Below, in pieces: positions 9,457 through 17,229 of a stretch of DNA of 64,000 nt; the first letter of the stretch is position 1; each line of letters opens with the position of its first letter. A program made the translations under genes and the position numbers. Origin of the DNA: a bacterium (GTDB lineage Bacteria > Actinomycetota > Acidimicrobiia > Spongiisociales > UBA5794); assembly GCA_024228555.1 (NCBI GenBank), contig JAAETI010000377.1:36379-100378 (forward strand), written 5' to 3'. Below the pieces are notes generated by a model. It was given only the letters and a program-made list of their open reading frames with translations, was not told where the DNA came from and did no database searches.

Positions 9457-10245
9457 ATGAAGAGAACCACACGTCAGAAACTGATCCGTTATGCGATGTA
9501 CGGGGTGCTGGTCCTGGTGGTCGCAGCATTCAGTTTCGTTGCGGACTGGGACAAGATCGCAACTTCGTTCTTTAATGTCGAAATCGCAAGGGACATGTTC
9601 CCCGAAGTCCTGACCACCGCGGCCCGCAACACAATCGTCTACACCTTCCTGGCGTTCGTGCTCGGCCTGATACTTGCCCTGATCTTGGCGCTGATGAAGC
9701 TGTCGTCGATCAGGCTCTATCGGTGGCTGGCGATCGCCTACATCGAACTGTTCCGCGGGCTCCCGGCTCTGGTGACAATCATCTTCGTCGCCTTTGCGTT
9801 GCCGATCGCCTTCGATGGGTTCAATGTTCCCGGAGGGATTCTCGGACAGGGAAGCCTTGGGCTTGGGATCGTTGCCGGTGCCTATATGGCGGAGACCATC
9901 CGAGCGGGGATTCTGGCTGTTCCCAAGGGACAGATGGAGGCGGCAAGATCTCTCGGCATGAGTTGGGGTACCGCGATGACATACATCATCCTTCCCCAAG
10001 CGTTTCGAATCATTATTCCGCCGCTTACCAACGAACTCGTGCTCCTGATCAAGGACACGTCGCTGTTCTTCGTGCTGGGCACGACGGTTGCCTCGAAGGA
10101 GTTGACCAAGTTCGGGCGAGACTTGATGACCGCAAAGTTCAATGGAACGCCGCTCACAGTCGTTGCACTTGTGTACCTGGCGATAACCCTGCCGCTCACA
10201 TATCTTGTGTCGCGGCTCGAGAAGAAGACGGCAGCCGCACGATGA
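9457..10245 (+). CDS. Amino-acid ABC transporter permease (HisM/GlnP type)
   Basis: EAA-loop region [33 protein letters not shown]. Confidence 0.85.
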   Translation: MKRTTRQKLIRYAMYGVLVLVVAAFSFVADWDKIATSFFNVEIARDMFPEVLTTAARNTIVYTFLAFVLGLILALILALMKLSSIRLYRWLAIAYIELFRGLPALVTIIFVAFALPIAFDGFNVPGGILGQGSLGLGIVAGAYMAETIRAGILAVPKGQMEAARSLGMSWGTAMTYIILPQAFRIIIPPLTNELVLLIKDTSLFFVLGTTVASKELTKFGRDLMTAKFNGTPLTVVALVYLAITLPLTYLVSRLEKKTAAAR

Positions 10246-11000
10246 CGATGCAACCAGATCCCACAGCCCCTCCCATCCAGCTTCTCGACCTGCATAAGAG
10301 CTTTGGCGAACTCGAGGTCTTGCGCGGTATCGACTTCAAGGTGGAGGTCGGCGAGGTCGTATGCCTAATTGGTCCTTCGGGATCGGGTAAATCAACCCTG
10401 CTGCGGTGCGTCAACAAACTCGAAGAGCCGACCGCGGGTCGCATCCTCATCGAAGGAATCGACATAACCGACCCAGAGACCGATGTTGATGCGGTCCGCA
10501 CCCGTATTGGAATGGTGTTCCAACAGTTCAACCTGTTCCCGCACCTCAGTGTGTTGCGGAACCTGCGAATTGCGCAGCGAAAGGTGCTGGGCCGGGACAC
10601 CGAAGAGGCGACCCGCATTGCTTCTGAGATGCTCACTCGAGTGGGACTCATCGACAAGATGGACGAGCACCCGGCGCGCCTGTCGGGTGGTCAACAACAG
10701 CGTGTTGCCATCGCCCGCGCCCTCTGCATGAACCCCGACATGATGCTGTTCGATGAGCCAACCAGCGCCCTCGATCCCGAATTGATCGGCGAAGTCCTCG
10801 ACGTGATGCGGGAACTTGCCGACGATGGCATGACGATGGTCGTAGTGACTCACGAGATGGCTTTTGCCCAGCAAGTTGCGGACCGAGTCATCTTCATGGA
10901 CGGCGGCGTAATTGTCGAGGATGGCCCACCCAGCCAAGTCCTCGTCAACCCCATCCACGAGCGCACGAAGAAGTTCCTGAGAGCCATCGAGGTCGAGTAG
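10242..11000 (+). CDS. Amino-acid ABC transporter ATP-binding protein
   Basis: Walker [10 protein letters not shown], signature [15 protein letters not shown], Walker [16 protein letters not shown] overlap with the permease stop. The ORF-track start at 9723 is rejected. Confidence 0.9.
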   Translation: MTMQPDPTAPPIQLLDLHKSFGELEVLRGIDFKVEVGEVVCLIGPSGSGKSTLLRCVNKLEEPTAGRILIEGIDITDPETDVDAVRTRIGMVFQQFNLFPHLSVLRNLRIAQRKVLGRDTEEATRIASEMLTRVGLIDKMDEHPARLSGGQQQRVAIARALCMNPDMMLFDEPTSALDPELIGEVLDVMRELADDGMTMVVVTHEMAFAQQVADRVIFMDGGVIVEDGPPSQVLVNPIHERTKKFLRAIEVE

Positions 11001-11013
11001 GCGAACTCTTCAT

Positions 11014-11165
11014 CAGTCCCCCCTTTGGGGGAAGGTACCGCAGCGGCGGAGCCGCTGGGGTAGGGGGAGCTGGCATGGTTGTGGGTTGCGTTCTCACCCC
11101 CCTCGTTCGGCCTTCAGCCGACCGATCCCCCCATCAAGGGGGGATTGCTTCGTCGTCAGTCCCCC
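11014..11165. terminator. Cluster of four GC-rich stem-loops between convergent genes, likely bidirectional terminators
   Basis: CCCCCC-TTT-GGGGG (11018-11031); CAGCGGC-GGA-GCCGCTG (11041-11057); ATCCCCCC-ATCAA-GGGGGGAT (11125-11145); CCCC-TCC-GGGG (~11160). The 10-mer TCAGTCCCCC occurs twice. Confidence 0.4.
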
Positions 11166-11172
11166 TCCGGGG

Positions 11173-12126
11173 CTACCCCAACGTTCCCTCCATATCAGCG
11201 ATGTCGGCAACCGATACGTTGCCGCCGCACAGAAGTAGTACGACGTGGTCGTCGGGGCCAAAGCGATCGGCGACTGATTCGGCGGCGGTGAGGGTGCAAG
11301 ATGCGGCGAGCTCTGGCACGACTTTGGTGCGTTCCATGAGTGTTCGCAGCGACCGATAGGCGGCTTGATCCGATACGACGATCGGTGGCTGCTCCAATTC
11401 TGTGGCGAGGTCGATTGCGGTCTGGGCGGCATAGGGAGATCCAAGGGTCTTGGCGCGTGACGTCGGGGTCATGTGGATTTGCTCACCGGTGAGCAGCGAT
11501 TTGGAGAGCACGTCGGCTCCCTCGGTCTCCACTGCCCACATGCGAGCCTCCGGACGCAGTCCTTTGATCGCTGTGACGACCCCAGAGATGAGGCCACCCC
11601 CACCCACGCTCACAAACACGTCGGTCACATCGGGGACGTTTTCGACGATTTCGAGTCCGACGGTCCCGTTGCCGGCCATCATGTCGGGGTGGTCGAACGG
11701 ATGCATCAAGGTGCGTCCTCTTTCGGCCATCTTCTCTGCGGCGGCAAACAGCGTGTCGATGGTTGGCTCGTACTCGATGACCGCTCCGTAGCCCCTGGTG
11801 GCTACCACGTAGTTTGCAGGAGTTGTCTGTGGCATCAGCACCAAGGTGTCGACTCCCAAGGTCTGTCCCGCATAGGCCATGCCTTGCGCAAAGTTCCCGC
11901 CGCTCACCCCGACGACGCCGGCTGCCCTCTGCTGATCGGTCAGCGACAGCATTGCATTGAAGGCACCCCGTGGTTTGAACGATCCAGTCTTCTGGAACAG
12001 CTCATACTTCAAGTAGATGTTGGTCCCCAGCATCCGGCTCAGCGTTTCGCTGCGCTCCAGCGGGGTCCGGCGCACGTACCGGGTGATCCGGATCCGCGCC
12101 TCGTTGATGTCGGTCAGGTTGAGCAT
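11173..12126 (-). CDS. PLP-dependent threonine/serine dehydratase (threonine ammonia-lyase family)
   Basis: PLP lysine motif GSFKPRGA and a Gly-rich loop GVSGGNFAQG. Start moved to MLNLTDINEA (ATG at 12126). Confidence 0.75.
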   Translation of the reverse strand: MLNLTDINEARIRITRYVRRTPLERSETLSRMLGTNIYLKYELFQKTGSFKPRGAFNAMLSLTDQQRAAGVVGVSGGNFAQGMAYAGQTLGVDTLVLMPQTTPANYVVATRGYGAVIEYEPTIDTLFAAAEKMAERGRTLMHPFDHPDMMAGNGTVGLEIVENVPDVTDVFVSVGGGGLISGVVTAIKGLRPEARMWAVETEGADVLSKSLLTGEQIHMTPTSRAKTLGSPYAAQTAIDLATELEQPPIVVSDQAAYRSLRTLMERTKVVPELAASCTLTAAESVADRFGPDDHVVLLLCGGNVSVADIADMEGTLG

Positions 12127-12229
12127 GACTGCCTTGATGGGGCTGCTGATGTTACGCCGTTTCCGAGGCGGACATGGGGGTAGAGGAGGACGGCCGTTTC
12201 TTGTCACACCCATGAGATATGTTGGTCCT

Positions 12230-12367
12230 ATGAAGAAGTCACCAGCCAAAATCATCAGCATCGAAGAACTGCTCGACGTGGCGGGATTCGACTACACCAC
12301 AGTCGAACGCTGCCCACACCCGGCATGCGAGATCTGTACGGAAGGTGTCTTGGCGGTTGCTGCCTAG
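12230..12367 (+). CDS. Small hypothetical Cys-containing protein (45 aa; C-x4-C-x2-C)
   Basis: MKKSPAKIISIEELLDVAGFDYTTVERCPHPACEICTEGVLAVAA. No good SD; lies between the dehydratase and the DsbA-like remnant. Confidence 0.2.
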   Translation: MKKSPAKIISIEELLDVAGFDYTTVERCPHPACEICTEGVLAVAA

Positions 12368-12445
12368 ACAGTTCGAGTACTCACATGGAACCTTCGGCTC
12401 CGTGATGGTGCTGCCTCGGAAGACAGCCCTGCCCAGGGACCAGTG

Positions 12446-13089
12446 ATGCCCCAAACCAGAAGTCATCTGCGTCGGCGACCCAATGTGCTCATGGTGTTGG
12501 GGTATTGCGCAGGCCATACATCGGATCGCTGATCGTGACGATGTTGAACTCAGGGTGATCGTTGGCGGACTCCGACCGGGACCGAACGCACAACCTCTTG
12601 ACGATCAGCTGAGACAGCAATTGGCCCGTCACTGGGACAAAGTCGCAAGCGTTTCGGGCCAGCCGTTCGACAAGGCAGCTCTGGAGCGCCCCGCTTGGGT
12701 GTATGACACAGAGCTCACCGCCAACGCGGTGACCACGATGCGCCGCCTGTCACCCTTCGATACGGTGACCCGCTTCACTCACTTGCAGACGTCGTTCTAT
12801 GCGGACACTGTCGACATCACCGATCAATACACAGGCTTGATTGCAGGATATGACGTCGATCCCGGACGGTTCATGGCCGAGCTGGAATCCGACGAGGCCA
12901 AGACTTTCGCTTGGTAGGAGTTCGCTGAGGCCCGCGAACTCGGGGTTGCCGGCCCCCACGGTCCTGCTCCGGATCGATGACAAGGTCCCTGTTCTGGCCA
13001 GCACTTGCTCGATTGAGGGGATCTGCCGACCGGCAACAGAATCCTCAAGCCTCCCCATTCACTTTCCGATTCGATTCAGGTGCAAGTAA
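12446..13089 (+). pseudogene. DsbA/FrnE-like thiol-disulfide oxidoreductase, disrupted (two homopolymer frameshifts and an in-frame TAG)
   Basis: ATG at 12446 followed by CCCC. With CCC it would read MPKPEVICVGDPMCSWCWG, a canonical DsbA N-terminus with CxxC. In-frame TAG at 12915. The conserved C-terminus (EFAEARELGVAG | PTVLLRIDDKVPVLAS) is split across frames at the C-run near 12950. Confidence 0.55.
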
Positions 13090-13124
13090 CGTACTGGTAA
13101 TCGCTGACAGGAGGGTGCGTTAAC

Positions 13125-14528
13125 GTGGCTCGGAGACGTTCACGGCGGCGCAAGAGTTCATATTCAGAGAGCGACGAGCAGACTTCGTCTGACATTGCGG
13201 CAGACGAGCTGTCACCGCGAGCCCGCAGGCTCGTCGAGAGCGGTGTGATTGACCTCGAAACCATTTCCGGCTCCGGCCCCGACGGCAGCGTCACCAGCGG
13301 TGACATCTTGCACGCTGCTCGCGTGATGGAGATGGAGCAATCTGTTCCCAGAATTGAGCGCACCAGCCAAGCCGTCTCTGGGCACGGGGAATCTGATGAC
13401 CCGGCAGCGGACGATGATCTCGAAGCTGCTGCACCCGCAGAGTCAGGAAGCCTTGTCGATGTCCCGGAACTAGTCACTCCAAGTGCCGATTCTGGAACAT
13501 CTACGACTGCACAGGTCGGTGGCGAGCCGATCACGGTGGCCCTCGATCCATGGGACGACTACAACGGATCGTCAGAGGGTCTCTCGGAGGGTGCTCTTCC
13601 CGGTGCCGAGCAATCCTGGGGCGAGGCCGAGGCCAACATCGCCGCGATCGCCGACGAAGCGGCCGCCAACGATGGTGAATCTGATGACGCGGATGCAGAT
13701 GAATCCGCAGAGGAGACAGCCTATGTTGATGCAGATCGGCCGGAGCAGCCTGCGGCGGTCACCTCCGATGAGGCAGTTGATGGCGAGCCCGTGGAAATTG
13801 TGGCTGAGCCACCCGTGGAGCCCGAACCAGCCGCAGTAGACGGGACTCCATTGATCGACTCTGTCCCCGAGGCCGGCGAGGGTGGCGCGGACGAGGCATC
13901 AGATAGGTCAATTGCCGATCTCGTTGCTGCCGCCAATGAGGCCATCGCAACGACATCCACACCCGAAATACCGTCACCCGAGGTATCCATCCCCGAGGGC
14001 GGTACAACACGACACGAAAGCGACGTCGCATCCCCAGTGGTTGCCGAATCGCAGGGAGAGGTAATGATGGACTTCGGTACTCTCGAACTGGTTGATCCGG
14101 ACAGTGTATGGGCTGAGGGTGTCGAGGACTTTGCTCCTTGGTTCCTGGCACATTCAGAGCAATTGGGTGACGTTCTCGGTTTCGATGCCGGGCTTTCTGA
14201 CGCCCGCCAATTCACGACGAAGAGCGCAACCGGTGTGCTGGGTCGCGACGACGGCGGCGAAGACGTGGTCGTCGTTTCCTCAAAGAACGCTACTGCCGAC
14301 GACTCCGATCTGGGTCGGGCACTGGGTATGGCAGCTTCCTCAGGAGCCGGCTCAGTCGCCTTGGTTTCTGCCGCCCTCAATGAGGATCAGTTGAAGGCTC
14401 TTGCCTGGCTGAACAACCAGACCAGGAGCGGGGTCAAGTGGTACGGTATCGAGATGCAGGTCGTCAGGATTGCAGACTCACCGGCAGCAATGATGTTCAA
14501 GCTGGTGGCGTCGCCACCGCAGGACTGA
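13125..14528 (+). CDS. Hypothetical acidic protein: N-terminal E3-binding (peripheral-subunit-binding)-like domain, a long D/E/A-rich linker, and a C-terminal degenerate PD-(D/E)xK / NucS(DUF91)-like domain
   Basis: LSPRARRLVESGVIDLETISGSGPDGSVTSGDILHAA resembles PSBD. C-terminal GVLGRDDGGEDVVVVSSK...LGRALGMAAS...VKWYGIEMQVV resembles NucS-like endonuclease fold motifs, with E replaced by S in the ExK position. Confidence 0.45.
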   Translation: MARRRSRRRKSSYSESDEQTSSDIAADELSPRARRLVESGVIDLETISGSGPDGSVTSGDILHAARVMEMEQSVPRIERTSQAVSGHGESDDPAADDDLEAAAPAESGSLVDVPELVTPSADSGTSTTAQVGGEPITVALDPWDDYNGSSEGLSEGALPGAEQSWGEAEANIAAIADEAAANDGESDDADADESAEETAYVDADRPEQPAAVTSDEAVDGEPVEIVAEPPVEPEPAAVDGTPLIDSVPEAGEGGADEASDRSIADLVAAANEAIATTSTPEIPSPEVSIPEGGTTRHESDVASPVVAESQGEVMMDFGTLELVDPDSVWAEGVEDFAPWFLAHSEQLGDVLGFDAGLSDARQFTTKSATGVLGRDDGGEDVVVVSSKNATADDSDLGRALGMAASSGAGSVALVSAALNEDQLKALAWLNNQTRSGVKWYGIEMQVVRIADSPAAMMFKLVASPPQD

Positions 14529-14556
14529 CCTCCGCAGGCTCCGAGACGGCCGACCG

Positions 14557-15240
14557 TTAGACGATCTTGCGGTCCTCATCATCGGCAGACTTGGATCGGA
14601 GATCTGACATCTGAGACAGCACGCTGGTCGCACCTTCGCCGATGCGAGGTAGCTTGCGTCCACCCCGCTTGGCGTAGATGCTGGCGCCGACGTCGGAGTC
14701 GGCGGACACACGCTGCGCGTCTTCGCGGAGTTGCTTGGCTTCAGCTTCAGCCTCAGCACGAAGGCGTTCGGCTTCGCTCATGGCTTTTTGTGTCTCAGAT
14801 TGGGCAATCTCGTGTGACTCGGCCTTTTCGCCTTCGGCCATTCCCAGGAGCCGCATCGCTTCCTCTCGGATTTGGCGGGCCTCATTGTCAGCCTGTGCGA
14901 TGATCTGAGCCGCATCCGCCTGGGCGTTGGCAATCAGACCGGGAGCATCGGTTGTGATGATCTCTGGCGGTGGGGCGGGTGCAAGGGCTGGAGGAGCTGC
15001 GACCGCGGATTCTGCCGCCAGCTGCTCGGCCTCGAGCAGCTTTGCCCAGCGTGCCGCCATCTCTTCTTCACGAGAGGCGATGCGCTTGACCCGTGCCCTG
15101 GCATCCTCGAGCTCATGCACGGCCTCCGCACGGACTTTCTTGGCAAGTTCACGCGCCGATTTCAGCTGCGAAGCAGCTTCAACCCTCATCGCGTGAGCGG
15201 ATTTCTGGATTTCGGTGTCGCTCTCGGCTTCGACGTTCAT
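14557..15240 (-). CDS. Coiled-coil protein, Ala/Glu/Arg/Gln-rich (ATP-synthase-b-like / DivIVA-like heptads)
   Basis: Long heptad stretches (AEAEAEAKQLREDAQ, QIIAQADNEARQIREEAMRLL); no enzymatic motifs. Confidence 0.45.
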   Translation of the reverse strand: MNVEAESDTEIQKSAHAMRVEAASQLKSARELAKKVRAEAVHELEDARARVKRIASREEEMAARWAKLLEAEQLAAESAVAAPPALAPAPPPEIITTDAPGLIANAQADAAQIIAQADNEARQIREEAMRLLGMAEGEKAESHEIAQSETQKAMSEAERLRAEAEAEAKQLREDAQRVSADSDVGASIYAKRGGRKLPRIGEGATSVLSQMSDLRSKSADDEDRKIV

Positions 15241-15345
15241 CCCGTGGCTTTCGATTGTGCGCGAGTTCGGTGTTACCCGAGTGCCTTCTATATGGCTATC
15301 GGCAGCATCGCGGCGCGCTTAACGACCAGGCTTGTTACCGCTGGA

Positions 15346-15367
15346 TTAACTAGTGCTAACTAGTCAC
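15346..15367. promoter_or_regulatory. Candidate operator: two palindromic ACTAGT hexamers 4 bp apart, upstream of the coiled-coil gene
   Basis: TTAACTAGTGCTAACTAGTCAC sits in an AT-richer 135-bp gap between the rhomboid stop and the coiled-coil gene start. Confidence 0.35.
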
Positions 15368-15375
15368 GGGCCCGT

Positions 15376-16215
15376 CTAGAGGACGGCGAGAAGCGTCATT
15401 AGGAGCACGAGCATGGCAAAACCGGATATTGCGCGCATCTGGCGAGCGTTACTGCGTCCGGCGGCCGTCCGCTCCCACAAGAAGGCGACGACTGCACCGG
15501 TGACTAAACCACCGAGATGTGCCCGCCAGTCGATGTTCGGCATAAACAGGGGTAGCGCCATGTTGATGAGCAGAATCCCACCAAGCTGGTTGAACATCGC
15601 GCTGCCCGCAGCCGATCCACGTTGCCGATAAGCCGCATACATCCAGGCGCCGAATAGGCCGAACAAGGCGCCGGATGCACCGATGCTGAAGGTATTGGCT
15701 GGGCCAAACAAATACGTTGCCAGACTTCCTCCGGCGGCGCTTGCCAGGTAGATCCCCGAGAACGCCACCGAACCCACCTGGCGTTCGAGCCGCGGCCCAA
15801 AGATGTATAGGAAATACATGTTGAACAACAGGTGCATGAAGCCGCCGTGGAGGAACGCCGCGGTCAGTCCTCGCCACCACTCGCCATCCTCGATAGCCGA
15901 ACTGAGCGCCCCGTAGTTGACGATCAAGTCATGCTCGAGCTCGCTCGAACTCAACCCAATCAGGAAGATCACCACGTTGATCGCGATCAACGAGAATACA
16001 ACGGGGCTGGTCTGGAACGATGGCCCGGAGACGATAGAGCGCGCACTTACGACCCTCTGGCCACCCGCAGCGCGGATGCATTCAGGGCACTTCTGGCCTA
16101 CCGGCGCATCATGAGAACACTCCGGGCAGATCGGACGGCCGCACTCGCTGCAGGCAAGATACGTGACGCGGTCGGAGTGTCGATAACAGACAGGTGTTGT
16201 TGTGGGCTCGCTCAT
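15376..16215 (-). CDS. Rhomboid-family intramembrane serine protease with an N-terminal zinc-ribbon
   Basis: CYRHSDRVTYLACSECGRPICPECSH (4-Cys ribbon); rhomboid motifs GASGALFGLFGA (Ser in GxSG) and the conserved His in HLGGLVTG. Confidence 0.8.
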   Translation of the reverse strand: MSEPTTTPVCYRHSDRVTYLACSECGRPICPECSHDAPVGQKCPECIRAAGGQRVVSARSIVSGPSFQTSPVVFSLIAINVVIFLIGLSSSELEHDLIVNYGALSSAIEDGEWWRGLTAAFLHGGFMHLLFNMYFLYIFGPRLERQVGSVAFSGIYLASAAGGSLATYLFGPANTFSIGASGALFGLFGAWMYAAYRQRGSAAGSAMFNQLGGILLINMALPLFMPNIDWRAHLGGLVTGAVVAFLWERTAAGRSNARQMRAISGFAMLVLLMTLLAVL

Positions 16216-16316
16216 GAGGGATATAACCTACTTCATAGGGTCGTCTAGTCCCGAAGCGAGATGACCCACCTGCAGTCGATATCGCCGAGCATTCGACACT
16301 AGAAGTGGAGATCAGA

Positions 16317-16778
16317 ATGAGTGATGACGCTCACGAGCCGCAGACTCACCGTCAACTCGCGGTCAGTCTCTTCAATCGAACCTGGGAGCTACTCGACAAG
16401 GAGGTGCGCACCGAAGCGGAGCAGGCCGAGATGCTCACGGCGGCGTTTGCCTCTCGCTATCACTGGCTGCAGATCGGTGAGCCAAGGAACTTCTCCGTCA
16501 GTGACTGGCAAGTATCCCGGGTCGCCGCAGTTCTTGGATACCCCGAACTGGCCGTTGAGTACGGCAAGAGGTCGTTGCATGTTGCCTCCCTTGCTGGACT
16601 CGCTCCGTTCTATGTTGGGTACGCCCACGAGGCGCTTGCCCGTGCGGCGCGGCTTGCGGGGAATCGGGACGATGTGAAGAACCACCTCGAGGCCGCCACC
16701 GACATGCTCGGTCTGGTTGAGGATGCCGGCGAGCGGGAGCTGCTAGCGGGCGACCTCTCCGAGATAGGTGGCTCGTGA
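16317..16778 (+). CDS. Hypothetical protein, translationally coupled to the trHb gene
   Basis: GGAG SD 6 nt before ATG at 16317. Its stop TGA overlaps the GTG start of the globin (GTGA). Confidence 0.5.
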   Translation: MSDDAHEPQTHRQLAVSLFNRTWELLDKEVRTEAEQAEMLTAAFASRYHWLQIGEPRNFSVSDWQVSRVAAVLGYPELAVEYGKRSLHVASLAGLAPFYVGYAHEALARAARLAGNRDDVKNHLEAATDMLGLVEDAGERELLAGDLSEIGGS

Positions 16779-17203
16779 CGATGTTTCCCAACCGTGCGTC
16801 CGAGAACGCACACCCATGGGGTGACCAGGTCACCCCCTACGAGGAACTCGGCGGTGAACCCGTTCTCCATGAATTGGTCGAGCGCTTCTATGACCTCATG
16901 GACGAGACCTCCCCTGGGCTGCGCGCCATGCATCCTGCCGACGACAGCAACTCGCGGCGCAACCTCTTCGAGTTCCTCAGCGGTTGGATAGGCGGTCCCA
17001 ACCTCTACATGGAGCGCAAGGGCCATCCGATGCTCCGGATGCGGCACGCCCCCTTCGCCATCGGTAGCGAGGAAGCTGTCGAGTGGATGCGGTGTATGCG
17101 TGGTGCTCTCGACGATGTTGGCGTCGCCCAACCGCTTCGGGGCTACCTCGAAACCCGTCTCGACCAGACCGCCCATCATGTGCGCAACACCGACCTCGGT
17201 TAG
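16775..17203 (+). CDS. glbO: Group II truncated hemoglobin (trHbO/GlbO-like)
   Basis: FYDLMDETSPGLRAMHP...GGPNLYMERKGHPMLRMRHAPFAIGSEEAVEWMRCM closely matches the trHbO signature, including RGHPxLRMRHxPF. Confidence 0.75.
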   Translation: MTMFPNRASENAHPWGDQVTPYEELGGEPVLHELVERFYDLMDETSPGLRAMHPADDSNSRRNLFEFLSGWIGGPNLYMERKGHPMLRMRHAPFAIGSEEAVEWMRCMRGALDDVGVAQPLRGYLETRLDQTAHHVRNTDLG

Positions 17204-17229
17204 CCCCCGGCGTTTGCGATACTTGCCTG

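Noticed and set aside
9723-11000. 425-aa ORF fusing the tail of the permease with the ABC ATPase
   Set aside because: The N-terminal 173 aa are an alternative-frame read-through of the permease gene; the canonical ATPase starts at ATG 10242 overlapping the permease stop.
17083-17229. N-terminal 49-aa extension of the SLH protein overlapping the globin gene
   Set aside because: It overlaps the trHb gene in another frame and the signal peptide begins at the internal Met.
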